From a virus (lineage: Duplodnaviria; Caudoviricetes): DNA of 64,000 nucleotides. The position numbers and the translations under genes were made by a program. This document shows, piece by piece, positions 19,516 through 30,135 of the stretch. Every line of letters starts with the position of its first letter. Within the stretch, counting starts at the first letter, position 1. The notes beneath the pieces were generated by a model. That model was not told the origin of the DNA. It ran no database searches and saw nothing but the letters and a program-made list of their open reading frames with translations. Location: the IMG/VR virus record IMGVR_UViG_3300024259_001623; one strand, written 5' to 3'.

Positions 19516-19854
19516 TCAGGACTTGATCGTCGTATGCCAGCGATTCCGGCAGGATGAGCATTTGCAACTGGCATCGCCAGTCCGGGTATTCAGGGTATAG
19601 AGTACCCGGGTGGACTTGCAAGCGGGGCAGGGGACTTCCGGAAGGGGGTCCGGGACGCTGTTGGTATCCTTCCAGGTCCCCCGGTCGCCGGTGTCGTGGG
19701 CGTTCAGGATTGCATCAGCTTCGGCAAGTTCTTCGCATTTTGTGCAAGTTTTTTCGTTGTGGTCGGCGGTAGAGGCCAGGACTTCGTTCCGGTGGGCTTC
19801 CAAGGCGTCGGCGGTCATGGTTTCAAGGGCGTTCATAATTCGGGAAGTGTTCAT
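19516..19854 (-). CDS. Zn-ribbon hypothetical protein
   Basis: CTKC; CPAC...CSSC. Confidence 0.7.
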   Translation of the reverse strand: MNTSRIMNALETMTADALEAHRNEVLASTADHNEKTCTKCEELAEADAILNAHDTGDRGTWKDTNSVPDPLPEVPCPACKSTRVLYTLNTRTGDASCKCSSCRNRWHTTIKS

Positions 19855-20049
19855 TTTGTAGCTCCTTTGTTGCCCTTAACAATTGACCGTTATTTATCAG
19901 GGAGATAGTAGGGAAAGAGAGAAAAGGCGATTCCATATCCTTTTTACAGGCCAATACGGGACAATCCAACTCTCTTTCGCCAGAGCCGATAGTTGACTCT
20001 CGGGAACATAAACCCTTCTCTACTGTCTCTTATGATTGATCGTTATTTA

Positions 20050-20160
20050 TCAGGGAATAAAGAATAGCAGGGCTACGACAACAGCAGCGCCAGCAACAGC
20101 AAAAGACGCAAAGCCTATAACCATGATAAGCTCGATCAACGTGAAAGCTGTTTTCTTCAT
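20050..20160 (-). CDS. 36-aa type IV prepilin-like peptide
   Basis: MKKTAFTLIELIMVIGFASFAVAGAAVVVALLFFIP*: basic leader, A/FTLIEL class III signal motif and a hydrophobic helix. Confidence 0.8.
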   Translation of the reverse strand: MKKTAFTLIELIMVIGFASFAVAGAAVVVALLFFIP

Positions 20161-21237
20161 TGTTGTTCACTTCTCTTTTTGCGATTTTTTATTCTTGTTC
20201 AGGGACTAAAGAAACCAGATAAAATTGCTGATGAAAAGGCAAAGAGCAGTAAGATAGAGAACTATTCCTATTTTTATTCTTGTACGGTTAGCTGTCCAGC
20301 CCATCTTACCGACGATGCAGGCGGTGAACAGTAGGGTAAAAGCTACAATCAGTATTATCAAAGCCATTGTTTTCTCCTTATGCCTCATAAACGCATACTT
20401 GGCAGTTATTCAGGGGTTCGATCATGCCTCCAGCAGCGTTGACTTGTTCGATTGCTCTCATTAAGACTGGCTCTTGTGGCATACCGTATCGCCCGGTGTC
20501 GCCAGCCCAGATCGACGTTCCGCCGAAACAGGCGATCCACTCGAAAGGTCCATCCCAACAGAGCGTGGGACGTTCGAAACCCTTTTCTTGGCCGAGGATA
20601 GCGGGTTCGCCGTATTCCTTGGCGATGACGTTAAGGGCTTCAGCGAGAGTCTGTAGGAGTTCTTCTTGCTTCTTGTCGGTCATTGTTATTCCCTTTCGGT
20701 AGTAAACAATAGATAGGGTTATAACAGGGAATTGGCTCGCCGACGATCCATCCATACAGAGAGAATGAGCAAGATCATGCCGCCGGGACCAGCGATGATT
20801 AACAGACTTGCAAGGACAACATCGAGGATTGTCATGAGTTCCATTGTTTGTTCCCTTTCAGTCTATTTCTTTTATGTTTGTTCTTCAGGGATTTAATCGG
20901 CACAAAACATCAAAACAAGCCCAATAACCCACATAACCATATTGCCAGTACATAGACCGACAATCAGAAGAATCAATCCTGCTAGTGCCATCTCTTTATC
21001 CTCTTATTTACAGGGATATTATCCCACTCTGAATTTCTTATCTCTTTCCATAATTCGTTTGACAGTTGGCCAGGCCCACTCATAGCTGGCTCCGCTTTCA
21101 ATATCGACAACATGAGCGAAGTCGTGGAGTCTTCCAGCGATCATAGCTGGTTGATCGTTCAGTAAGCAGCTTTCGCCGGCGTACTGGTCTGCAATTTGTT
21201 GGATTGTTTCGTTCATACTCTTTCCCTTTTGTGTTTT

Positions 21238-21417
21238 TTATTCAGGGAGTCTTTGCTTCATAGCCCGTCGTACTTTTCTTCGGGCAAGGGTTTTCATTTT
21301 CCGGACAGAAGTTCTCCAAGGATTACAACAAGGGCAATGCCAACCACCAGGGCCAGAGTGAATATATCTATGATATATCTTTCCGAGTCCTTTTTTCCTT
21401 CCGGGCATCGTTGCCAT
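21238..21417 (-). CDS. 59-aa basic Cys-motif protein, not in the ORF track
   Basis: GPGGWHCPCC motif; ends LPE* across the TCCCTGAA motif; has an RBS. Confidence 0.7.
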   Translation of the reverse strand: MATMPGRKKGLGKIYHRYIHSGPGGWHCPCCNPWRTSVRKMKTLARRKVRRAMKQRLPE

Positions 21418-21761
21418 TGTTTGTCCTTTCTACTCTTTCCCTTTTGAGTTTTTTATTCAGGGACGAAAATCAACCCAGCGGCCCTTGTTCCGGTGTATTG
21501 TAGCTGGGCCGGGGTTGTAAAGCCATGTGTTTATCGAACTTAGAAGTAAGCTGGATGCTGTCTATGGCATCTTTCGCATCTACCCCGGATACGTAACCTA
21601 CGCAGCGACCGGACGGGGTGTGAACAGTCCAGAGCGGGTAAGCGGGCTTGTCGCAATCGGGGCAGCGGAAGTTGTTTGTCAGTGTTCCGCAAGAGCATTC
21701 TCTGAGTTGATCCATTGTTTGTCCTTTCTACTCTTTCCCTTTTGCGTTTTTTATTCAGGGA
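21415..21761 (-). repeat. Near-identical 49-bp motif-RBS-ATG leaders (21415-21463 and 21713-21761), plus a partial copy at 21214-21248
   Basis: 48 of 49 bases are identical, in front of unrelated ORFs. Confidence 0.9.
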
Positions 21762-22424
21762 TTCTTTTTCAACCAGCAAATCAAGTCGATAATCCCTAAA
21801 AAGACAATCGTTAAGGAAATTGCCAGTCCTTTTTCTAGTGGAGTCATTCCCAGATCCTTTCGGCTTTTTTTATTTTGATTTATTTTTCAGGGAACGTTAC
21901 TGATTAGCCTTTTCATTGGCCTTTGTTTGTGCTCGGAGTAATTTTTGCATAAGATTCGCTGGCACCGGAGTCTTTCCGAGAGCATTGATAAAATCATCCA
22001 AAGCATCAGAAAGGTTACTAACCGATATCTGCAAGTCGTCGAGGTCTTGCAGTCGGTCGCCGATTCTTGTTTCTCGTTCGATAATATCGGCAAGTTGTGT
22101 TCTACGCCATTCTCTATCTGTTGGAACATCTGGCGAGCCATCAGGGAGCATTTGATCGAAAACAAATTTTTCGACCTTTATTCCTGCAACGTTGGCAAAA
22201 TGTGACTTAAGCATTTTTATCTCCGTTTGTTTTCTTCGCCGGGAATCTTTTGCCATCTGGATAATACCATCTGGCTTCTTTCCCTACTGAGACAAGATAG
22301 ACAACAGACGGGCAGGGAGAACCGTATCTAGGTTCTGTCTTGACAATTGTTCCTCTCCCATCTTCTGTTCTAAAACGTACATGCTTCATCCTGATATGAA
22401 AACTCCTTACTTATTCAGGGATAA

Positions 22425-22516
22425 CTGGGCCGGTAGGAGTCGAACCTACAAACGAAGGATGCGCAACCCTTCAACCGCCTCTCCGGCGGCGCGTCTGCCA
22501 ATTCCGCCACAACCCA
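22425..22516 (-). tRNA. Atypical class II tRNA (Leu-GAG-like)
   Basis: Cloverleaf with a Leu-type D arm, T arm GTAGG-TTCGACT-CCTAC and a long variable arm; loop CGGAGAG lacks U33; G73. Confidence 0.6.
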
Positions 22517-22771
22517 ATAAAAAAGAGGAAAGGGTGAAAGGAACTACTCCGTCACTTTCTGCCCGCTTGCCTTCAGGCCCCTTTCCTTTTCGCAAAAACA
22601 TTTATCTCATGGCCGCAACCAAACGTTGTATGAGATAAAGAGGTCTTTGCTTGGATGCTCAATCCATTCTGTAGCAATTTTATCATTCTGGTCAGGGACT
22701 CTCGGCAACACCAATCCGGGCCGCAACAAGGCCGGGAATCCCTCTAAACCTTGCTGCGACCCTAGATATTG

Positions 22772-23101
22772 TTACGCCGGCGGTTCGACAATTTCGTTCG
22801 GCTGAAGGAAAAACATCTTATTTTCGACCGCGTTCTTTGCATCTCGCAAACTAAGGCCCGTCAAGTGACGGAGATACTTGATTGCCGGAATCTTGCGGCC
22901 GGAACTGACAAGATGCTGCATCTTGGCGTGATCGTCGCGTTCGATGGAAAAATCGGCGATGACGATAAGCGACTGATTGGCAAGATGACCCTCTTCCAAA
23001 ACTCGCAACGCCTGCTCCCGCATATCGCGGGTCATCGACGCCGAAGGGCAAACCAAAATGCTTCGGCTCAAGTCCATCGCTTGTATGGTAAAGCTGTTCA
23101 T
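22772..23101 (-). CDS. Protein with a ribosomal L7/L12 C-terminal-like motif
   Basis: KIPAIKYLRHLTGLSLRDAKNAVE. Confidence 0.65.
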   Translation of the reverse strand: MNSFTIQAMDLSRSILVCPSASMTRDMREQALRVLEEGHLANQSLIVIADFSIERDDHAKMQHLVSSGRKIPAIKYLRHLTGLSLRDAKNAVENKMFFLQPNEIVEPPA

Positions 23102-23803
23102 TGTTCATTTCCTCTTTGTAAGGGGTTTTCGTTCTTACCCTTTGTTATTGTTTGGGATTGTTCAGGGAAACTTTTTCAACAGCCGAAAATAGGCATAATC
23201 GGAAATCATATCGCTATTATGGACCTTACGCACAATTACGTTGTCCAGTTCTGCGTCTGGAAGGTTCGGGTCGTCGCACAAAAACATTTCGACGGCTCCA
23301 GCGGGCACATTCTCGCAATCGTAGGGAATCTGCTTCACGCCGCCGCGCCAAACTTGCTTGCCCCACAGCTTGCCGTCGCAGTTTTCTGGTCGAACGCCAG
23401 TATTGAAGTAAAAAGTTCTCATTGTTTATTCCCTTTCTGCCTTTAACGATTGTTGTTATGGTTTCAGGGAGAAACTATAGCTTGATCTGAGTTAAACCGA
23501 CCGTCGAAAAGTTCGTCCACATGATGCAAAGAAACAAAATCGAGAGAGACACAACCCTCGAAAATATCGCCATTAGGAAAATGGACCTTAACCCTAAGAA
23601 GCCTGTCAGTCTTGGAATGATAGCCTAAAATATCTATAAAACGATGTTCATTTTTATGATGATTGACAGCAGGCAGTGGAGTATATCGCAGAGCCTCGCC
23701 ATGTTCCCCATTCCAGAGCTTACGAATTTCGTCATCAAGAGTATATCGAATCATTTTCTTATCCTTTCGATCTTTACAATTGAATATTATTCGTCAGGGA
23801 AAC

Positions 23804-23878
23804 TGGGCCCTGCTGGACTCGAACCAGCAACCGACGCTTTATGAGAACGCTGCTCTAAACCTGTTGAGCTAAGGGCCG
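23804..23878 (-). tRNA. tRNA-Ile2/Met (CAT)
   Basis: Cloverleaf with loop CTCATAA; sequence resembles bacterial Ile2 tRNAs; no encoded CCA. Confidence 0.9.
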
Positions 23879-26800
23879 GTGCGGCTGGAGGGGGGTTAGC
23901 CCCTCCGAGCTTGTTCCTCCTGGATCAGGTCGATAACGTCGGCGAAGTGGTTGTAACCGAGCGACCCCTTGGTATAACGCTTAATCTCGCGTTCGGCATT
24001 CGTCAGATCGTAGCGAAGGGCGGCATCCGTCTTGCTGGTGAGAAGTCCCGATTCCTTGAGTTGCGTTGCGGTCATGGCTTTATCTCCTTTGTTAGCCTAC
24101 CGTTAATAATTATATCGTCGGATTCAGGGAATTATAGACATTGTTCAAGACAGCAAAGGTAAAAAGTGCCGTTGCCATGTTGAAAATACATACTCCCCCA
24201 TTAAACCATGAAGCAGAATGAATAGCAAAAACAGCATTGGCAATGCCGCTGAAAAAATTGAACATACCGAGGAACCACAAAAATACCATACTTTTCATCG
24301 TTTATTCCTTTCGACCAGAAGAGATTTGTTGTTATTCTTCAGGGGAATTGTTCTCTTTAGCTTGCTTATCAAAAACTTTGTCTAAAGCCTGGAATAACAT
24401 TTTCTCTGAAACATCGCGGCCAAGACAGTAGCCGGCCCACGCTCCAACAGCGAATATGCCGATTAAAGCTCCGATTAGAATAGCAATCGTCATAGCATTA
24501 TTCCTTTGAGAGTATCTTAATACCTATCCCAACGCTTTAGTTCTTTTAGGATCAGGGATTCATCATCGGCGTGATTTTCTTTGTTGAGAGATACAGACTT
24601 TCCCCAACAAGAGACAACCAACTTGATTTGGGGGTCGATAATTCCTCTTTCTAATTCTTTTTCTGTTGGGTCTATCTCGCCGGCCATAATACGACAGAAG
24701 CCGGCCGATCTTACTAGGGATTGGTCCCAATTGCTAGGAACCATTGCGGCATGGTTTAAGTCAGCCGAGAAGACAACAACGGAGAATTGATCGGTAAACA
24801 ACTCAACAACAATGTATTTCATATCCATACAGATTATCCTTTTTCCGCGTCTTTTCAGGGAAGTTACCTATTGCCTAGCTTATAGAGAATAATCATAAAC
24901 AATAGGATTACGACAGCCATAAAAAGGCCACCAAAGCCCCACAGAGGCGACAAAACGACAAACCATGTGAAAGCATGGACACCTGCCAACTTGGTCACCA
25001 GAAGGTAAGCAAACGACAGAATCCAAGCGATAAACATCCAGGCCGGGGCCGTCAAGTCGAATTTCATTTTTATTTCCTTTTTCTGAGAACCCAACAGCTT
25101 TTCGCCTTGGGATCTTCATGCACGAACATTTCAACAGCATCGCCGACAGACGGAGCGAACCCCCAGCAACAACTGGTGTGGAATTCTCCCAAGTCATCGA
25201 CTTCCAACAACTTAGCCCCATCACGGTTAATGAAACCAGTGATAGTCCCACAATTGTTCGACGGTCGTTTGTAGAAACTTGTCATTTTCATATTACTTCT
25301 CTTTTTTCTTTCTTTGTGCAGGGGAAAAATACGAAGGGAAGCCGGCCGCAATTGCTACCCCGAGGGAGCCGACTTCCCTTCTCAAAACCATAATTAATCG
25401 CAATCTCTTATTATTTATTTTTTAGAGTTGTCAGAGCATGACTTTTCTCCTCGTGGGTTAGCAAATTATACTTGACATTCTTCTCTATAGTATACTTAGT
25501 AATTTTATGTTAATTGTCAGGGAGGCATAGTTTCCTTTCTACTATCTCTCTTAACCATACTTTACTATACTTGTCACATTTTCAGGGATGCTAATTGTTG
25601 TCGATATTGATAGTTACGAGCGTATGCCCGCCATCATGATCGACAGAACTAACAATGTCTGTGACCTTACCAAAAGCCAGCGTGTCACCAGGGAACTGTA
25701 CGATATACGTTTCTCCGATAGCTGGTATCCGAGCAGGGGCAACATCGAACAGATGGAATTGGTCGTTGTCTACTTCTTTGGCAAACTTAACTTGAATATT
25801 GATCGTAGCTTTAGACATTTTGATATCCTCTTCAGGGGTTTACCAGTTATTTACTTGATCGTCCGTTATACGATCATTTCTGTGAAGATCGTCAAGAAAA
25901 ATGACCCATGCTTGCCTCATTGCTGGTCTGTCATTTCTGCCATGTTGTTTCAGGATTGAAGGTCTGATTGTTTGGCAGAACTCTGCTTGGGCTTCTTGTC
26001 TTGTCATGGTTATTTCCTTTTTCGGGCAAAAAACAGGGGAAGGCTCAGGTGTTCCCAAGCCTTCCCCTTTGACGTTTTTACATAATGCCTTCATGGATAA
26101 GCCAGGAAACGTGGCCGTGTTCGCACCAGCCGTCCGGCTCGACCATGCAACCGTCTGTGGCTTCACAAACGCCGTCAAACATCCATTCTTCCAGTTGGTC
26201 CATACTCGGTTGCTGATCGGTCGGCGTCTTGTAGGGATACTTGGGACGGTCCATTTTTCGACTCCTGAAAAGGGGTTTCGTTCTCGACTACCTTTTATCA
26301 TTTTGATTGTTGTATCAGGGAGTAATAATCAACTTGGCTTCTTTGACCCAATAGCAGTGGTCTTCTTCATCCCACTTAGACGCCAGGCCAAAAAAGAAAT
26401 GATCAAAACCATGTTTGACTGGTTTGTGCCATCCTTGTTTTCTGGCTTGACTTTTCGACGGGTAAAGTCCAGCAGCCACAAGCAAGTCAGACCAAAAAGC
26501 ATCGCCGACGACAACGAATGTAAACCATTCATCTGTATCAGGGATCGGGCCGAAAAACGCATCTCGGTCTGATTGGTTTACTCCATTGCCGACTAGAAAG
26601 TTTATTGATCTTCTTGGCATAACGTTATTTACTATTTTGTTTGATTTGTCAGGGAGATTATTTTAGGCGAAAAAATAAGGGAAGCCAATTTCTCAGCTTC
26701 CCTTACCCTCCTCCAGCTTGTTTTAAGCCCCCTTGTTACAGAACAAGGCGGGTCGCCGCCTCATCAATCATACTGCCCTTAGTCCCTACCAACCGCCGCC

Positions 26801-27385
26801 CAAGGCCCTCTACGGCGTATCGGCGTGACGTTGGCGTATCCTCATCCGTTCGGGCGAGCTTGAGGATGGAAAGCCGAGCATTGCCGTCAACAAGAATATT
26901 GATAACGTCAAACGTCTTGCCCTTGGCTTTCGGGCCGTTGAGCTTATGCTTGATAACTCTCAGAGCGGAACGGGGGCAAAAAACTTCCGATATGCCCAAC
27001 TTGATATTGGCGACCTTACGCTTCTTTGCCTTCTTTTGCTTTGCCATTGTCTTTTCTCCCAGAAAAAGGTTTTTGTTGTTGTCCTTTGCGACTACCTTTT
27101 ATGATTTCAATTGTTTTATCAGGGAGATGGAACATCAGCATACGGAGCAAAATCTATCCGTATCGTTCCATTAGTTGCCACAACATGTTGATACACTTCC
27201 CCATCTTTTGTGTACCTATCCAAACGTTCAGGATGAAAACCTTTAACCCTAGTACAGAACCAATTAGCAGCCGAAACGCAGCCCATACGTCTTTTTTTCT
27301 TTTTCCACTCTTTAATCGCTTCTTCTATTCTCATACCCTAACCATTTTTGTTTTTCTAATCAGGGAGAATATATAAGATAAGAGA

Positions 27386-27426
27386 GAACGTTCAGCCCCC
27401 TATCGCAAAAGAGAGGGCCGAACGTT
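27386..27426 (-). terminator. Long hairpin terminator after the structured RNA
   Basis: AACGTTCGGCCC...GGGCTGAACGTT followed by a pyrimidine-rich tail. Confidence 0.65.
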
Positions 27427-27512
27427 TTTGCAATCAATCGCCCCTAACCTCTATGGTTAGGTAACTCTGCCGACGCTCATAATTGGCCGACAGAGCAACG
27501 ATTGCTCTCCCT

Positions 27513-27656
27513 TTTAGGCTCAAGTATTGGACTTGTCAGCGCTCTGCCAACTGAGCTATATCCCGGCTTTGCCGAGATAGCTGGACTCGAACCAGCGACC
27601 TTTGCATATCCAATAACGACTTGCCGCAACAGGACTATGCCTGCCCTTGGCCTAAA
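27513..27656 (-). ncRNA. Circularly permuted tRNA-like RNA (YrlA-type Y RNA topology)
   Basis: Order is T arm, then acceptor stem closed by an AAA loop, then D arm. It is enclosed by the helices TATTGGA/TCCAATA, CAAG/CTTG and TTTAGGC/GCCTAAA. Confidence 0.75.
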
Positions 27657-28027
27657 TTCATTTTTAAGAAAAATGCAAGGGCGAGGCTTACTCCGCTGTA
27701 AGCCCCATCAGGAATTTTCCTTAGCCCTTGCTGACATCTTATTACGATTTCTGACTTGTTTTCAGGGAGACAAGGACAAAAATTATTTATCAATTTTCGT
27801 AGAAGATTTTCTCTTGTTTGTTTAGTATTTTAACTTTTTGTTAAAAGTACCAAGATACTTGTCTTTTTAGTCCTTGCTATGTCGGGGAGAGGAAGCTCTA
27901 TGCCGAGGTGTCTAGCTTAACAGGCATCGCTTCCTCTCCCCTAAACTGTACGTCCTTTGCGTCCTCTGCTCTCTTTTAGCATTACCCTTTTCAATTTTCG
28001 CTTGCTGGTCAGGGGAAACGGCTCCCC

Positions 28028-28642
28028 TTACCGCCGAACGATATACGCTTGCTTGTTCATGGTAATCGCTACGATGCTGGCGACCTTATAGTCGCGGAGA
28101 ATGATTTCCTTGTCGGTCTGTTGCGTTGCCGCCCGTCGCGGCTTGCTGAAGAATTCCCTTGCATCGGCCAACGTCGCAGCGTCCAATTCCTTGCCGTCGA
28201 GGCCGATATACTTGGCGTCAAGGGACTTTTCGACCTTCAATTCGACGTAGAATTGTCCCTTATGCTCGATCAGCGGCGTACCGTCGATCCGAGTTCCCCA
28301 TTTTCGAGGCTCGGCGACGAAAACGTCGGTATTGCCTTCTCGCTGGCGTTGGTTGTTGACCGAGTTGGCGTAACTCCAGCCGATCATGCAATTAACGCGA
28401 GAAACCTTAAACATCTTGCCGACAAACGGATTGCCAGTTTTCCGCATTTTCGGATCGGTTTTGGTTACGACCGTTACGAAATTGGCGCCCTTGTTGGCCC
28501 GCAGCATCGCAACCAATTGAGACTCATCAATGGCGATAACCGTCTGCTGGCCAGAAGTGTCGATAAAGAGTTGTTCGCTCGCAGTAATAGTCGCTGTCTT
28601 GCTCATTTTGTAACCTTTCTTTGTTAGGACTACCCTATACAA
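28028..28642 (-). CDS. Hypothetical phage protein
   Basis: 204-aa ORF with an RBS and an upstream motif; antisense ORFs here are shadows. Confidence 0.75.
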   Translation of the reverse strand: MYRVVLTKKGYKMSKTATITASEQLFIDTSGQQTVIAIDESQLVAMLRANKGANFVTVVTKTDPKMRKTGNPFVGKMFKVSRVNCMIGWSYANSVNNQRQREGNTDVFVAEPRKWGTRIDGTPLIEHKGQFYVELKVEKSLDAKYIGLDGKELDAATLADAREFFSKPRRAATQQTDKEIILRDYKVASIVAITMNKQAYIVRR

Positions 28643-29838
28643 TACCAGATTCTTTTTCAGGGAGAATTAGATATTGATAAGTTTCACGCCCCATTGACAG
28701 CCGTAAGTTTTGAGAATTCTATCGTGTTCGTCCACTTCTGCGACATTATCGACAGAGATAGCAAAATCGCAACCTGTCAAATTTTCGAGAATATCGGCTT
28801 GGGCTTCTTCGATAGAATGATATTCTCCCACGCTTTCGTCGCTGTACCAAACCTTAATAATCACAATTCATCTCCTGTTCTTATATCTGACCATTCTGTA
28901 TCTACAATTTTTGTTTTGCCATTGTCAAAGCTGAAATGATAATCAGCATCAGAACCAACATCTCGCCGGGCATCTTCCATATCGCCTTCATGCTCAACAG
29001 TCAATTTGATAATGGCGTAAAAAGTTGATCGCATTGTTATATCCTTTCAAGGATAGGGATTTGTAAAAAATGAGTCAGGGAGATAGAAGTTGGTACTATC
29101 TCCCTCTGCATAATTTTTCGTTGTATCATAGGGTAGGAACGAAAAATTCAATGCAGGAGCTTTATTAAGCTCAACTCGTTATACTACTCTTTATTTTTGT
29201 CGTTTTCTTCAGGGAGTTTCTCGCTTTTTGTCGCGCGATATTTATTTGGCTTACCGTTTGTAGCGTCAGTATGCCCTTCCTCGTAAAAATGTTGTGCAAC
29301 AGGGACCATAGATTTAACTGCATCTGCCTTGCCCGATAAATAAGCCGCCGGCAATACAGAAATCATCAAAACGCTCAAAGCAAGCAACGCCCCAGCGACG
29401 ACGTTTATTCTGAGTTCTTTATTATCAATCATAACCAGACTGCTTACGCATCCAGCCAAGGCTCCCATCGAAATAACCGTACAAGCTGTTAAGAAAAATA
29501 TCAGTCCCATTTTGTTGTCCTTTCGTGTTACCTATCTGTATTTTCTACTCTTTTTCAGGGATCAATTCCCACTTCTCTTCGTGGACCTTTTGGTACTTAA
29601 TATCACCTTTGATTGCGTCAATTTGCCCTTGCTTGTAACCTTGTTTGTGGCCGTATTCTTCTCTGGCATTCCCTATGTCATGGCACAACAGAGGGACAAG
29701 TATTAGAAGGGAAAAAATCAAACATCCTCTAATGCTTGTAGAGATAAAGTTGTTATCTAATGACGCCAACAAGCAAAGAATAATTATGAATATCGCAGCC
29801 CAAGCGAATAATGCAATTGATAACATGATAAAACCTTT

Positions 29839-30135
29839 CTAGCCCATTAGTTCCTTTAGGCTCTTCGGTGTCCAATACATATCCCTTTCGACAGGGAGGC
29901 CCATCGGGCCGCGTAACTTCAACAGTTCCGACAACGAGAAATACCCCAATTCTTTCTCGAAACCATCGACCAAGCCGAAAAACCTATCAACTCCGTCGAA
30001 TTCGGTGATATACCAAGTCCAATTCCCATCAGGGGTGAAGAGTTTGACAACTGCCATAGTCTCTTCAAGAGACTTTTTCTCATTGGCATACAGCGGAGGA
30101 ATCTTAACTTTGAGTGCTTTGGTCAAAAGTTTCAT
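29839..30135 (-). CDS. DUF2958 family protein
   Basis: KLFTPDGNWTWYITE...FFGLVDGFEKELGYFSLSEL. Confidence 0.8.
   Translation of the reverse strand: MKLLTKALKVKIPPLYANEKKSLEETMAVVKLFTPDGNWTWYITEFDGVDRFFGLVDGFEKELGYFSLSELLKLRGPMGLPVERDMYWTPKSLKELMG

Noticed and set aside
27375-27760. Two-piece (permuted) tmRNA
   Set aside because: G3-U70 and the permuted order fit, but it has a full D stem, no CCA, a linker of only a few nt and no tag-like ORF ending. Kept only as an alternative to test.
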